The translations under genes and the position numbers were made by a program. The notes beneath the pieces were generated by a model, which ran no database searches, was not told the origin of the DNA, and was given only the letters and a program-made list of their open reading frames with translations. DNA of 64,000 bases. Source: an uncultured Actinomycetes bacterium. GTDB lineage: Bacteria > Actinomycetota > Thermoleophilia > UBA2241. The stretch lies in assembly GCA_963725665.1 (NCBI GenBank), contig CAVRZA010000001.1, positions 224,001-288,000 of the forward strand, written 5' to 3'. The stretch's first letter is position 1, and each line of letters begins with the position of its first letter. Below, one piece after another: positions 8,748 through 17,189 of the stretch.

Positions 8748-10955
8748 TCAGATGGTGCCGCTCGGGCTCGTGAGGCCGTCGACGGAGTTGCCGGTCGGGC
8801 TCGTGAGGTCGTAGACGGTGATCCCGCCCACGGACGTGGACGCGAAGTTCGACTCTACCCACGAGGCGATCTCGCTCATCGACGAGCCGCCTCCCCCGAA
8901 GCCTCCGCCGCCCATGCCACCGGCGATGAAGTAGTGCACGCGCCCGGCGTTCACCAGGGCCTGGAACTGGGCGAGGCTCGGGTAGGGGTCGCTGCCGTTG
9001 AAGCCGCCGAGGCTCATGACGGGCAGGTCGGTGGCGAGCTGGTAGCCGGCCGCCGACTGCGCGCCGACGGTGGCTGCGATCCAGGTGTAGTTGTCGGCGT
9101 CCGTCTTGAGGAGCGCGACCAGCTCGGCGCTGGGCGTGCTCGCGTCGAGGAGGCCTCCGGCGTTGCCGCCGCCGAAGCCGCCCTGGCCGCCGAAGCCGTT
9201 GCCGGTCCCGCCGAAGCCCTGACCGCCCATGCCGCCGGTGCTGCCGCCTTGCCTGCCGCCCGGCATGCCCGGCCCTGCGAAGCCGCCTTGGGTGCTGTTT
9301 CCGGCCTGGGGGGGAGCTTGACCGCCGAATCCTCCGAACCCGCCGTTTCTGCCGCCACCGCGCCCGAACCCGCCGCCGCGCGCGCCCGCGACCGTCGGTC
9401 CGGCGGTCGGCAGCGAACCGGCGTGCGCGGTGCTCGCCGTCTGCAGCGAGTACGCCGCCGGACCGGCCAGCGCCACCAGGATGCCGGCGACGGCCAGCGC
9501 CGGCGTCGTGCGGCGGCCCAGCCGGCCGCCCGCGGCCAACAGCGCCGCCGCGGTCAGCCCGGCGACGAGGACGAGCGGGCGCAGCCACGGTTGCCAGTCG
9601 GCCGAGCGGGAGAGGAGGACGTAGGACCAAACGGACGTCGCGGCGAGCACGGCGGCCAGAGTGACGCGCCAGGCGAGGTGCGCGCGGCGCTGCCAGAGTG
9701 CGACCGCTCCCGTGCCGACCAGGGCGCCGATGGCCGGGCCCAAGGCGACTGCGTAGTACTCGTGGATGATGCCCTGGGCGAAGCTGAAGACCCCGGCCGT
9801 GACGATCAGCCAGCCGCCCCAGAGGAGGGTGGAGGCGCGCAGGCGATCGGTGCGCGGGGCGCTCCGCGTCAGCCACAGCAGCGCGACCGTGAAGGCCAGC
9901 GCCGCCGGCAGCAGCCATGCCACCTGGCCGCCCCAGGAGGCGGTGAACATGCGGTCCCACCCGGTCGCGCCCCACATGCCGGCGCGACCGGTACCGCCGG
10001 GGACCACGCTGCCGACCTCGTTGCCCGTGATACGCCCGAGGCCGTTGTAACCGAAGATTAGCTCCAGCACGCTGTTGGCCTGCGAGCCGCCGATGTAGGG
10101 CCTGCTCGACGCCGGCCAGAGCTCGACGATCGCGACCCACCAGCCGCCCGAGACGAGCAGCGCGACGCCGGCGAGCACGAGGTGCCAGAGCCGGCGTCGC
10201 AGCCCGATCGGTGCGGCCACCATATAGACGAGAGCGAACACGGGCACGACGAAGAACGCCTGCAGCATCTTGGTGAGGAAGGCGAAGCCTACGAACGTCG
10301 CGGCGAGCATCAGCCAGCGGGCGCCGCCGCGCTCGACGGCGCGCACGGTGGCCCACGCCGACAGCACCAGGAGCAGCACCAGGAGCGCGTCGGGGTTGTT
10401 GAAGCGGAACATCAGCGCGGCGGCCGGTGTGAAGGCCAGGATCGCCCCGGCTATCAGGCCGGCGACGGGCCCGAACCAGCGGCGCAGGGTCGCGTAGAGG
10501 ACGGCGACCGCCGCGACGCCCATGAGCGCCTGCGGCACCAGGATGCTCCACGAGTTGACGCCGAACAGGCGCGCCGAGAGGCCCATCACCCAAAGCGACG
10601 CCGGCGGCTTGTCGACGGTGATGAAGCTGGCCGCGTCGGAGGAGCCGAAGAGGAAAGCCTTCCAGCTCTGCGTGCCGGCTTGCACCGCGGCGGAGTAGAA
10701 AGCGTTGGCCCAGCCGGACTTGCCCAGGCCGACGAGGTAGAGCAGCGCCGTGCCGACGAGCAACGCGAGGAGGGCGGGCTGGACCCAGGCGGGGTCATCC
10801 GGTCGGCCGCGCCAGAGCCGTCCCACAAAGGAGGGCCGGGACGGCTCCGGCGCGGCGGTGTCCTGGCCGGCCCGATCGGCGCGGCCGGTCTGATCGGGCC
10901 GATCCAGGTCGAGAGGGGTGGGGCTGGCTGGTCCGGTCTCGAAGGTCATGGTCAT
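8748..10955 (-). CDS. GT39/ArnT-like (PMT) membrane glycosyltransferase with Gly-rich C-terminal linker
   Basis: WANAFYSAAVQAG, ITVDKPP and FRFNNPDALL motifs; multiple TM segments; TGATG coupling to the upstream gene. Confidence 0.9.
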   Translation of the reverse strand: MTMTFETGPASPTPLDLDRPDQTGRADRAGQDTAAPEPSRPSFVGRLWRGRPDDPAWVQPALLALLVGTALLYLVGLGKSGWANAFYSAAVQAGTQSWKAFLFGSSDAASFITVDKPPASLWVMGLSARLFGVNSWSILVPQALMGVAAVAVLYATLRRWFGPVAGLIAGAILAFTPAAALMFRFNNPDALLVLLLVLSAWATVRAVERGGARWLMLAATFVGFAFLTKMLQAFFVVPVFALVYMVAAPIGLRRRLWHLVLAGVALLVSGGWWVAIVELWPASSRPYIGGSQANSVLELIFGYNGLGRITGNEVGSVVPGGTGRAGMWGATGWDRMFTASWGGQVAWLLPAALAFTVALLWLTRSAPRTDRLRASTLLWGGWLIVTAGVFSFAQGIIHEYYAVALGPAIGALVGTGAVALWQRRAHLAWRVTLAAVLAATSVWSYVLLSRSADWQPWLRPLVLVAGLTAAALLAAGGRLGRRTTPALAVAGILVALAGPAAYSLQTASTAHAGSLPTAGPTVAGARGGGFGRGGGRNGGFGGFGGQAPPQAGNSTQGGFAGPGMPGGRQGGSTGGMGGQGFGGTGNGFGGQGGFGGGNAGGLLDASTPSAELVALLKTDADNYTWIAATVGAQSAAGYQLATDLPVMSLGGFNGSDPYPSLAQFQALVNAGRVHYFIAGGMGGGGFGGGGSSMSEIASWVESNFASTSVGGITVYDLTSPTGNSVDGLTSPSGTI

Positions 10956-12190
10956 CAGGTCCTTGACGTCGTTGTGTCTGTTTGTTGCGGGAACAGCCAG
11001 CCCCGGAAGAGGACGAAGCGTAGAAGGGTGGCGGTGACGCTGGCCGCGATGAGAACAGCCAGCTCCAGGCGGTGGCTCGCACTCGGGTCGAGGCCGTGGA
11101 GGAGCACGAGGCTGCCGCTCGTCACCGTCAGGCCGAGCGCGAAGACCACGAGGCCCTGCGTCTGATGCCGCAGCCAGCCCTTTGAGCCGCGCACGCCGAA
11201 GGTGAGGCGCCGGTTCGCCGCCGTGTTGGCGATGGCGGTCGCCGCCAGCGCCAGCGCGTTGGCAAGCTGAGCCGGCAGGGCGGCGCGGAACACAAGGTAG
11301 AGTGCGGCATAGGCCAGCGTGCTGGCGGCGCCGATCAGGCAGAAGCTCGCGAGCTGCCACGCGAAACGGGGGCGCGCCGCGCCCTCCAGCGGGTCCGCCT
11401 GCCCGTCGCCGCGCAGCGCGGCGAGCGGCAGGCGGCCCGCGGTCAGGGCGCGGCGCAGCCGCCAGACGCCCTTCAGATCGGCGAGCGCCGTCGCCGCGAT
11501 GTCGACGCGAGAATCGGGGTCGTCTACCCAATCGACGGGGACCTCGTGGATGCGCATCCCGGCGCGTTCGGCCAGCACGAGGAGCTCCGTGTCGAAGAAC
11601 CAGCCCGTGTCCTCGATCAGGGGCAGCAGCCGCTGCGCCTGATCGGCGCGGATGGCTTTGAAGCCGCACTGCGCGTCGGAGAACCTCGACCTGAGCACGA
11701 CGCGCAGCAGCAAATTGTAGCAGCGCGATGTGAGCTCGCGCTTGGCGCCGCGCACGACGCGCGAGCTCCGCGCGAGCCTGGTGCCGATGGCCACGTCGGA
11801 GTGGCCCGAGAGTAGGGGCGCGACCAGCGGCAACAGCGCGGCCAACCCGGTCGAGAGGTCGACGTCCATGTAGACCAGCACGTCGGCGTCGCTGGAGCCC
11901 CAGACAGAGTGCAGCGCCCGGCCTCGTCCCTTGGCGTCGAGGTGGACGGCGCGCACCGCCGGCAGCGACCTCTCGAGCCGCCGCGCGATCGACCAGGTGT
12001 CGTCGGCGCTGGCGTTATCGGCGATGGTGAGGCGGAAGGTGAAGGGCAGGTGCGTCGTGAGGTAGGCGTACAGGCGGCGCACGTTGGGCTCGAGGTCGGC
12101 CTTCTCGTTGTAGACGGGCACGACGATGTCGAGCTCTGGCGCCGCGACCTCGGTCAGGGGAGCGACTCGATGTGCCAGCGCAGTCGTCAT
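10955..12190 (-). CDS. Bifunctional GT2 (polyprenol-P sugar synthase) + GtrA flippase-like protein
   Basis: VPVYNE, ADNAS, YMDVDLS, DAQCGFK and WFFDTE motifs; C-terminal GtrA (NRRLTF). Confidence 0.9.
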   Translation of the reverse strand: MTTALAHRVAPLTEVAAPELDIVVPVYNEKADLEPNVRRLYAYLTTHLPFTFRLTIADNASADDTWSIARRLERSLPAVRAVHLDAKGRGRALHSVWGSSDADVLVYMDVDLSTGLAALLPLVAPLLSGHSDVAIGTRLARSSRVVRGAKRELTSRCYNLLLRVVLRSRFSDAQCGFKAIRADQAQRLLPLIEDTGWFFDTELLVLAERAGMRIHEVPVDWVDDPDSRVDIAATALADLKGVWRLRRALTAGRLPLAALRGDGQADPLEGAARPRFAWQLASFCLIGAASTLAYAALYLVFRAALPAQLANALALAATAIANTAANRRLTFGVRGSKGWLRHQTQGLVVFALGLTVTSGSLVLLHGLDPSASHRLELAVLIAASVTATLLRFVLFRGWLFPQQTDTTTSRT

Positions 12191-12197
12191 GCGAGGC

Positions 12198-12252
12198 ATC
12201 GTACGTGCCTCTGCTGAAGCGGACCTGAGCCTCACCTGAGAGCCTGCTATGA
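12198..12252 (-). promoter_or_regulatory. OmpR/MprA-type direct repeats and -10 box of the GT2-GT39 operon
   Basis: Minus strand TCTCAG-N5-GCTCAG-N5-CTTCAG (11-bp period), then TACGAT 7 nt before the ATG (leaderless-type start). Confidence 0.55.
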
Positions 12253-12362
12253 ATGCCTACGAGGATCTCAGGCCGCGGTCGGGTCCTCGTGAGAGCGGGG
12301 CCGGTCCGTTAGGCTAAGCCAGCGTGCAATCGGTCGGCCCAGTTGGCGCGGGCGGAGGTGTC

Positions 12363-13124
12363 GTGGACGGTGAGGTGACGGCAGGGCCCCTGGCGGCGCG
12401 CAAGGTCTTGCGCGTGACCGCGCACGCCTACCGCCGTTGGTTCTGGCGCCTGGCCTTCACGGCTGCAGTCGTCTTCGGCGCGACCGCGATCCTCGGTGCG
12501 ACCGTCGACGCTGCCCTCGAGCACATAAAGCACAGCGGTCCCAGCCTGGTGGAGGCGGCGCTCACCGTCTACGTCTTCGTCGGACGCTTCTTCGGTACCT
12601 TGGCGCTCGTCTTCTACGCCGGGTTCCTCGACCTCTACGTGGGAGACGCCCTCTACGAGGGTAGGGAGGTCACGCTGGGTCGCGTGCTGCGCACGTTGCC
12701 GTACGGGCGACTCATCGTCGCCGACGTGATCCTCGCCGCTATCGCTCAGGTCGGGTGGCTGCTGTTCGTCGTGCCCGGGCTGTTCGTCTTCACGGCGTTC
12801 GCGCTCGTCGGACCGCTCATCATCGTGGAGGGGCACGGCATCAGGCCTGCCTTCCTCCGCTCGCGGGCGCTGGTCATGCGCCACTTCTGGCTTGTCTTCG
12901 GCGTCGTGACGCTCCCGGTTCTGGGTGAGAGCTTCGTCGTGCACGGGGTCCAGAGTCTCCTCGGCCTCGAGCACTTCTGGGGCCTTCTGCTCGTCTCGGC
13001 CCTGATCGGCATCGTGGTGGGCTCCTACTGCGGCCTCATGGAGGTCATCATCACGCGCGAGCTCATCGGCGCTCATCCCCTTGAGGTCGAGCCCGCGACG
13101 ACGCTGGGCGGGTCTGGGCGGTAG
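12363..13124 (+). CDS. Hypothetical integral membrane protein
   Basis: About 6 hydrophobic segments and an AFLRSRALV motif; GGAGG precedes GTG 12363. Confidence 0.75.
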   Translation: MDGEVTAGPLAARKVLRVTAHAYRRWFWRLAFTAAVVFGATAILGATVDAALEHIKHSGPSLVEAALTVYVFVGRFFGTLALVFYAGFLDLYVGDALYEGREVTLGRVLRTLPYGRLIVADVILAAIAQVGWLLFVVPGLFVFTAFALVGPLIIVEGHGIRPAFLRSRALVMRHFWLVFGVVTLPVLGESFVVHGVQSLLGLEHFWGLLLVSALIGIVVGSYCGLMEVIITRELIGAHPLEVEPATTLGGSGR

Positions 13125-13175
13125 CCCGTCTCCGAGAGCAGGGGCCTCACGCCCCTGGAGTGGGGCGTCACACCC

Positions 13176-13502
13176 CTAGCGCTTGTGGTGCTTGCGGCCG
13201 CCCTTGCGCTCGCGGTGAGTGCCGTCTGCGGCGAGGCGCCGGCTGCTTTCGGGGCGCCTGCGGGGAGTGGTGATCCAGAGGAGCAGACAAGCGACGGCGA
13301 TCGAGCCGATCACGCCTCCGGGTCGCAGATGGAACCCGTAGCCGAGGATGAGGTTGATGACGATGCCGGCGATGAGCGAGCCGGCCACACCGATGAGGAA
13401 CAGCCTTCCCCAGTCCGTGGGACGCATCTCGCCGCGCACCAACAGGCTTGCTGCCCAGCCGGCCACCAGGCCGATGACGATGAAGGCCATGATGCTCCAC
13501 AT
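13176..13502 (-). CDS. GlsB/YeaQ/YmgE (transglycosylase-associated) small membrane protein
   Basis: IVIGLVAGWAASLL...IGVAGSLIAG...GSIAVACLLL pattern; AAGGAG RBS. Confidence 0.85.
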   Translation of the reverse strand: MWSIMAFIVIGLVAGWAASLLVRGEMRPTDWGRLFLIGVAGSLIAGIVINLILGYGFHLRPGGVIGSIAVACLLLWITTPRRRPESSRRLAADGTHRERKGGRKHHKR

Positions 13503-13681
13503 GTGGCTGCTCCTTGGGGGGCCTCTGGTCGCTGCGGGGTGCATCATATCCGAGGGGCGTCCTCTGCGGGATGACCAAGAGGACGGGCGTCCCTCTGAAG
13601 GCTCTCCCTTGACCACGCTCCGCGTGTTTTGGGAGCCCCCTTACGGGAGACACGGACCCTATCGGATGAAAGGGGACCATT

Positions 13682-13876
13682 ATGGCCCGCTATTGCGTAG
13701 ACTGCCGTGAGTTGCCCAGCGAGACCAACTGTGACCTCTTGATGTGTGGCAGCGAGGAGCATCTCGTCGAGGCCGCTGCGGTGCACATGATCACAGCGCA
13801 CAAGCACGAGGACTCGCCGGAGCTGCGCGAGTGGGCACGCCGGGACATGAAGCCGGACAAGACGGCTGCCGCGTAG
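13682..13876 (+). CDS. DUF1059-like small Cys/His protein
   Basis: DCRELPSETNC...AAAVHMITAH; AAGGGGA RBS. Confidence 0.75.
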   Translation: MARYCVDCRELPSETNCDLLMCGSEEHLVEAAAVHMITAHKHEDSPELREWARRDMKPDKTAAA

Positions 13877-13989
13877 ACCGGCAGCCCACCATGAAGGTTC
13901 TTGGCGACGGCCGCCGAGAGGCGGCCGTCGCTCGTTCGGCCTGCGTCACCCCGCGAACGTGGCCACGCGAGGGGACCGCGCGCTTCTGT

Positions 13990-14036
13990 TGAGGACCGTT
14001 TGAAGACCACCACGCTGAAGACCGTTTGAAGACCAC
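13990..14036 (+). repeat. Direct repeat GACCGTTTGAAGACCAC x2 (26-bp period)
   Basis: Copies at 13994-14010 and 14020-14036; TGARGACC octamers at 13990, 14001, 14016 and 14027. Confidence 0.8.
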
Positions 14037-14082
14037 TAGAATCGACCGGCGTCACGCCACTAGGAGAGGGCCGAGGAGTCCG

Positions 14083-16176
14083 TTGGAGAGCAGCAGCTTC
14101 ACGCGGGCCGCTGTCACGCAGCTCAGCTTCAGCCTGCCTCCCGAGCCGTCGCGGCTCCTGCGCGCCCGCGACCGTATCCGAGACTTCCTGCAGCAGCACT
14201 GCGCCGACCAAAGCGCGATCGACGAGGTCGTCCTCTGCATCGAGGAGGCGTGCACGAACGTCATCCGCCACAGCGGCTCGCGCGAGCAGATGCGGATTGC
14301 CCTGCGGTTCGCCGCGAACGACCTCGTCGCGGAGGTCACAGACCACGGCAAGGGGTTCGACACCGGCGCGTTCGACCCCAAGGTCATCCCCGATGTGGGC
14401 GCGCCCGGCGGACGCGGGCTCTTCCTCATGGCGCACCTCATGGACGAAGTGGCGCTGACTCGGGACGACGGGCTCGATGTGCGTATGGTCAAGAGGTCCG
14501 TAGCCCGCTGCCCGGCGGCTCGAGTCGAGAGCGGGCTCGGCGATCTGAGCTCCGCCGGGCCGAGCCTGCACCGCGAGACCAGGCTGCGCGCCCTCCTCGA
14601 GGAGATCGACGAGGCCTTCCTCGCACTCGATTGGGACTACCGCTACGTGCACGCGAACGCGCGCGCCGTGCGACTGACCGGCAAGTCACGTGCGGAGCTG
14701 CTCGGCCACAGCCCCTGGGAGCTCTTCCCTCAGCTGGTAGGGAGCGCGCTCGACCGTGCTTACCGCGACGCGATGGAGCTGGGCACGCCCTCCGTGCTCG
14801 AGTATCGCTCCGTCCTCACGGACGACTGGCTCGAGGCGCGCGTCTATCCCACGGCCGCCGGCATCAGCGCCTACTTCCGCGACATCAACGCGCGCATGAG
14901 CATCGAGGCCGACCGTGAGCGCCTGCTCCGCGACCTCGAGGCGCGAGAGCGCATGAGCGTCGCCCTGAACGACATCGCCGCCTCCATCACGTCGCTGGTC
15001 GACTACGACGAGATACTCACGCGTGTCGTCGCCCAGGCCGGCGCCGCCCTGACCGCAGAGTCCTCCTCGATCTGCACCCTCGAGGGCGACGCCTGGGTCC
15101 CGCGCTACCTCTGGCAACTGTCGGCTGAGGTGCTCGGCGCGCCCATCCCCCGCGAGAGGGTGTCGTACGCCAACATCGGTGTCGAGTCGCGCCGGGTCGT
15201 GGCCGTCGACGACTGCGAGACCGACCCGCGGGTCGACCGCGAGCTGCAGCGCTCCTGGAACGTGCGCTCCGTGGCCATGGCTCCCCTTCTCATGCGCGAC
15301 ACGGCGGTCGCGGCCATCTTCTTCAACTACCACAGCCGGCCCCACGCCTTCACGACGCACGAGATCGACTTCATCGGCAAAGCGGCGGCGATCATCTCGG
15401 GAGCGCTCGAGAACGCGCGCCTCCTTGAGCGCCTCGACAGGATCGCCACGACGCTACAGGAGAACCTCATCCATCCTCTGCCCATTATCCCTGGGCTCGA
15501 TCTCGGCCGCGTGAGCGAGACGGCCTTCGCCCCCGACCTCGTGGGCGGGGATTTCAGCGACGTGTTCGCCATCGACGAGTTCCGCGTCGCGGCACTGATC
15601 GGCGACGTGGGCGGCAAGGGGATCAGAGCGGCGGGCCTGACCGAGACGGTGCACACCGCCGTTCAGAGCTACGCACTCATCGACACCTCGCCGACTTTCA
15701 TCCTGCGCAAGGCGAACGAGCTCCTGCTGAGGAGCTCCGGCGACGAGCCGTTCGTGACCGCCTTCCTGCTTATCGTCGATCTGCGGACCGGGGAGGCGAG
15801 CTACGCGAGCGCCGGGCATCCGCCGCCCGTGATCGCCGGCCGGTCGTCCTGTGCTGTGATCGACTCGCCGTTCGGCTTGCCGTTGGGCACTTTTCCGTAC
15901 GACTACGCCGTCGGCCGGCTGACAGTGGGCGCGGGCGAGACCCTCGTCATGTACACGGACGGCGTCGTCGAGGCGCGGCGGGACGGCGAGCTGTTCGGCG
16001 AACAACGCCTGCTCGACACGGTGGCGGCGGCGCGCGCCAGCGCGCCGCAAGAGGTCGCCGAGCGGGTACGCGCCGCGGCCGTCGAGTTCGCCGGCCGGCT
16101 AAAGGACGACCTGCATGTCTTGACAATGAAGCGGACCGCGGCGGCCGCCGCGGTTCGCGAGACGACGACCGAGTGA
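14083..16176 (+). CDS. HATPase(RsbW-like)-PAS-GAF-SpoIIE PP2C phosphatase
   Basis: EACTNVIRH, DHGKGF and GRGLFLM; PAS and GAF segments; VGGDF, GDVGGKG, SAGHP, YTDG and DD motifs. Confidence 0.9.
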   Translation: MESSSFTRAAVTQLSFSLPPEPSRLLRARDRIRDFLQQHCADQSAIDEVVLCIEEACTNVIRHSGSREQMRIALRFAANDLVAEVTDHGKGFDTGAFDPKVIPDVGAPGGRGLFLMAHLMDEVALTRDDGLDVRMVKRSVARCPAARVESGLGDLSSAGPSLHRETRLRALLEEIDEAFLALDWDYRYVHANARAVRLTGKSRAELLGHSPWELFPQLVGSALDRAYRDAMELGTPSVLEYRSVLTDDWLEARVYPTAAGISAYFRDINARMSIEADRERLLRDLEARERMSVALNDIAASITSLVDYDEILTRVVAQAGAALTAESSSICTLEGDAWVPRYLWQLSAEVLGAPIPRERVSYANIGVESRRVVAVDDCETDPRVDRELQRSWNVRSVAMAPLLMRDTAVAAIFFNYHSRPHAFTTHEIDFIGKAAAIISGALENARLLERLDRIATTLQENLIHPLPIIPGLDLGRVSETAFAPDLVGGDFSDVFAIDEFRVAALIGDVGGKGIRAAGLTETVHTAVQSYALIDTSPTFILRKANELLLRSSGDEPFVTAFLLIVDLRTGEASYASAGHPPPVIAGRSSCAVIDSPFGLPLGTFPYDYAVGRLTVGAGETLVMYTDGVVEARRDGELFGEQRLLDTVAAARASAPQEVAERVRAAAVEFAGRLKDDLHVLTMKRTAAAAAVRETTTE

Positions 16177-16177
16177 G

Positions 16178-17137
16178 GTGAGACGCGTGGCGGACGCGAA
16201 CCAGAAGCGCATGATCGGCGAGGTCGAGGTCTCGCTCGCCGGGCTGGGGTGCAACAACTTCGGGCGCCGCATCGATGCCGCGCGCACGCGCGCCGTCGTC
16301 GACGCGGCGCTCGACGCCGGCGTGACGCTGTTCGACACGGCCGATCGCTACGGCGACGGCGCCTCGGAGGAGTTGCTCGGTCAGGCATTGCGCGGCCGCC
16401 GCGACGAGGCCCTCATCCTCACCAAGTTCGGCATGCTCAAGCCGCCCGACGGGCTGAGCGGCGGCGACCCGCGATGGGTGGCGAGGGCGTGTGACGACAG
16501 CTTGCGTCGGCTGGACACCGACCGCATCGACGTCCTCATGCTGCACGAGCCCGACCTCTCCACGCCGATCGCCGACACGCTCGCCGCCATGGGCCGCCTC
16601 GTGGAGCAGGGCAAGGTGCGTGAGATCGGCTGCTCCAACTTCTCCGTCGCGCAGCTCACCGAGGCCGCGGCCGCCGCCGCCGACGGCGGCCTGCGACCGT
16701 TCGCGTGCGTCGAGAACGAGTACAGTCTGCTGGTGCGCGAGCCGGAGCGGGGGATGCTCGACGCCTGCGATCGCCTCGGCATGAGCTTCATCCCCTACTT
16801 CCCGCTGGCCAGCGGTCTGCTCACGGGCAAGTACCGCCGCGGCCGGCCGGTGCCGGCCGGCACGCGGCTCGGCGGCGAGGGGGGCCAGCCCGCCGAGCTC
16901 GTCATCGCCGAGGCGCGACTCGCGGTAACCGAGCGCCTGGCGGGCTTCGCCGAGGCGCGCGGGCACAGCCTGCTCGAGCTCGCCCTGTCGTGGCTGGCCC
17001 AGCGCCCGCGCGTCGCGTCGGTCATCGCCGGGGCGACCTCGCCGGAGCAGGTGAGAGCCAACGTGGCGGCGACCGCCGCCTGGGTCCTCAGCGCCGGGGA
17101 GCTTGCGGAGATCGACGAGCTGACCGGCGTCGACTGA
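16178..17137 (+). CDS. Aldo/keto reductase
   Basis: GLGCNNFG, FDTADRYG, IGCSNF and PLASGLLTGKY motifs. Confidence 0.92.
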   Translation: MRRVADANQKRMIGEVEVSLAGLGCNNFGRRIDAARTRAVVDAALDAGVTLFDTADRYGDGASEELLGQALRGRRDEALILTKFGMLKPPDGLSGGDPRWVARACDDSLRRLDTDRIDVLMLHEPDLSTPIADTLAAMGRLVEQGKVREIGCSNFSVAQLTEAAAAAADGGLRPFACVENEYSLLVREPERGMLDACDRLGMSFIPYFPLASGLLTGKYRRGRPVPAGTRLGGEGGQPAELVIAEARLAVTERLAGFAEARGHSLLELALSWLAQRPRVASVIAGATSPEQVRANVAATAAWVLSAGELAEIDELTGVD

Positions 17138-17189
17138 CGGAGCTCAGGCCAGGCCGCTGGAGCTCTTGTCGCGCAGCCCGTGAACTGGG

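Noticed and set aside
9150-9390. Gly-rich repeat as a separate repeat element or RiPP precursor
   Set aside because: It is the usual low-complexity linker inside actinobacterial GT39 proteins
13990-14036. CRISPR array (also considered for the repeat at 48110-48147)
   Set aside because: Only two short copies with 4-9 bp gaps and no cas genes
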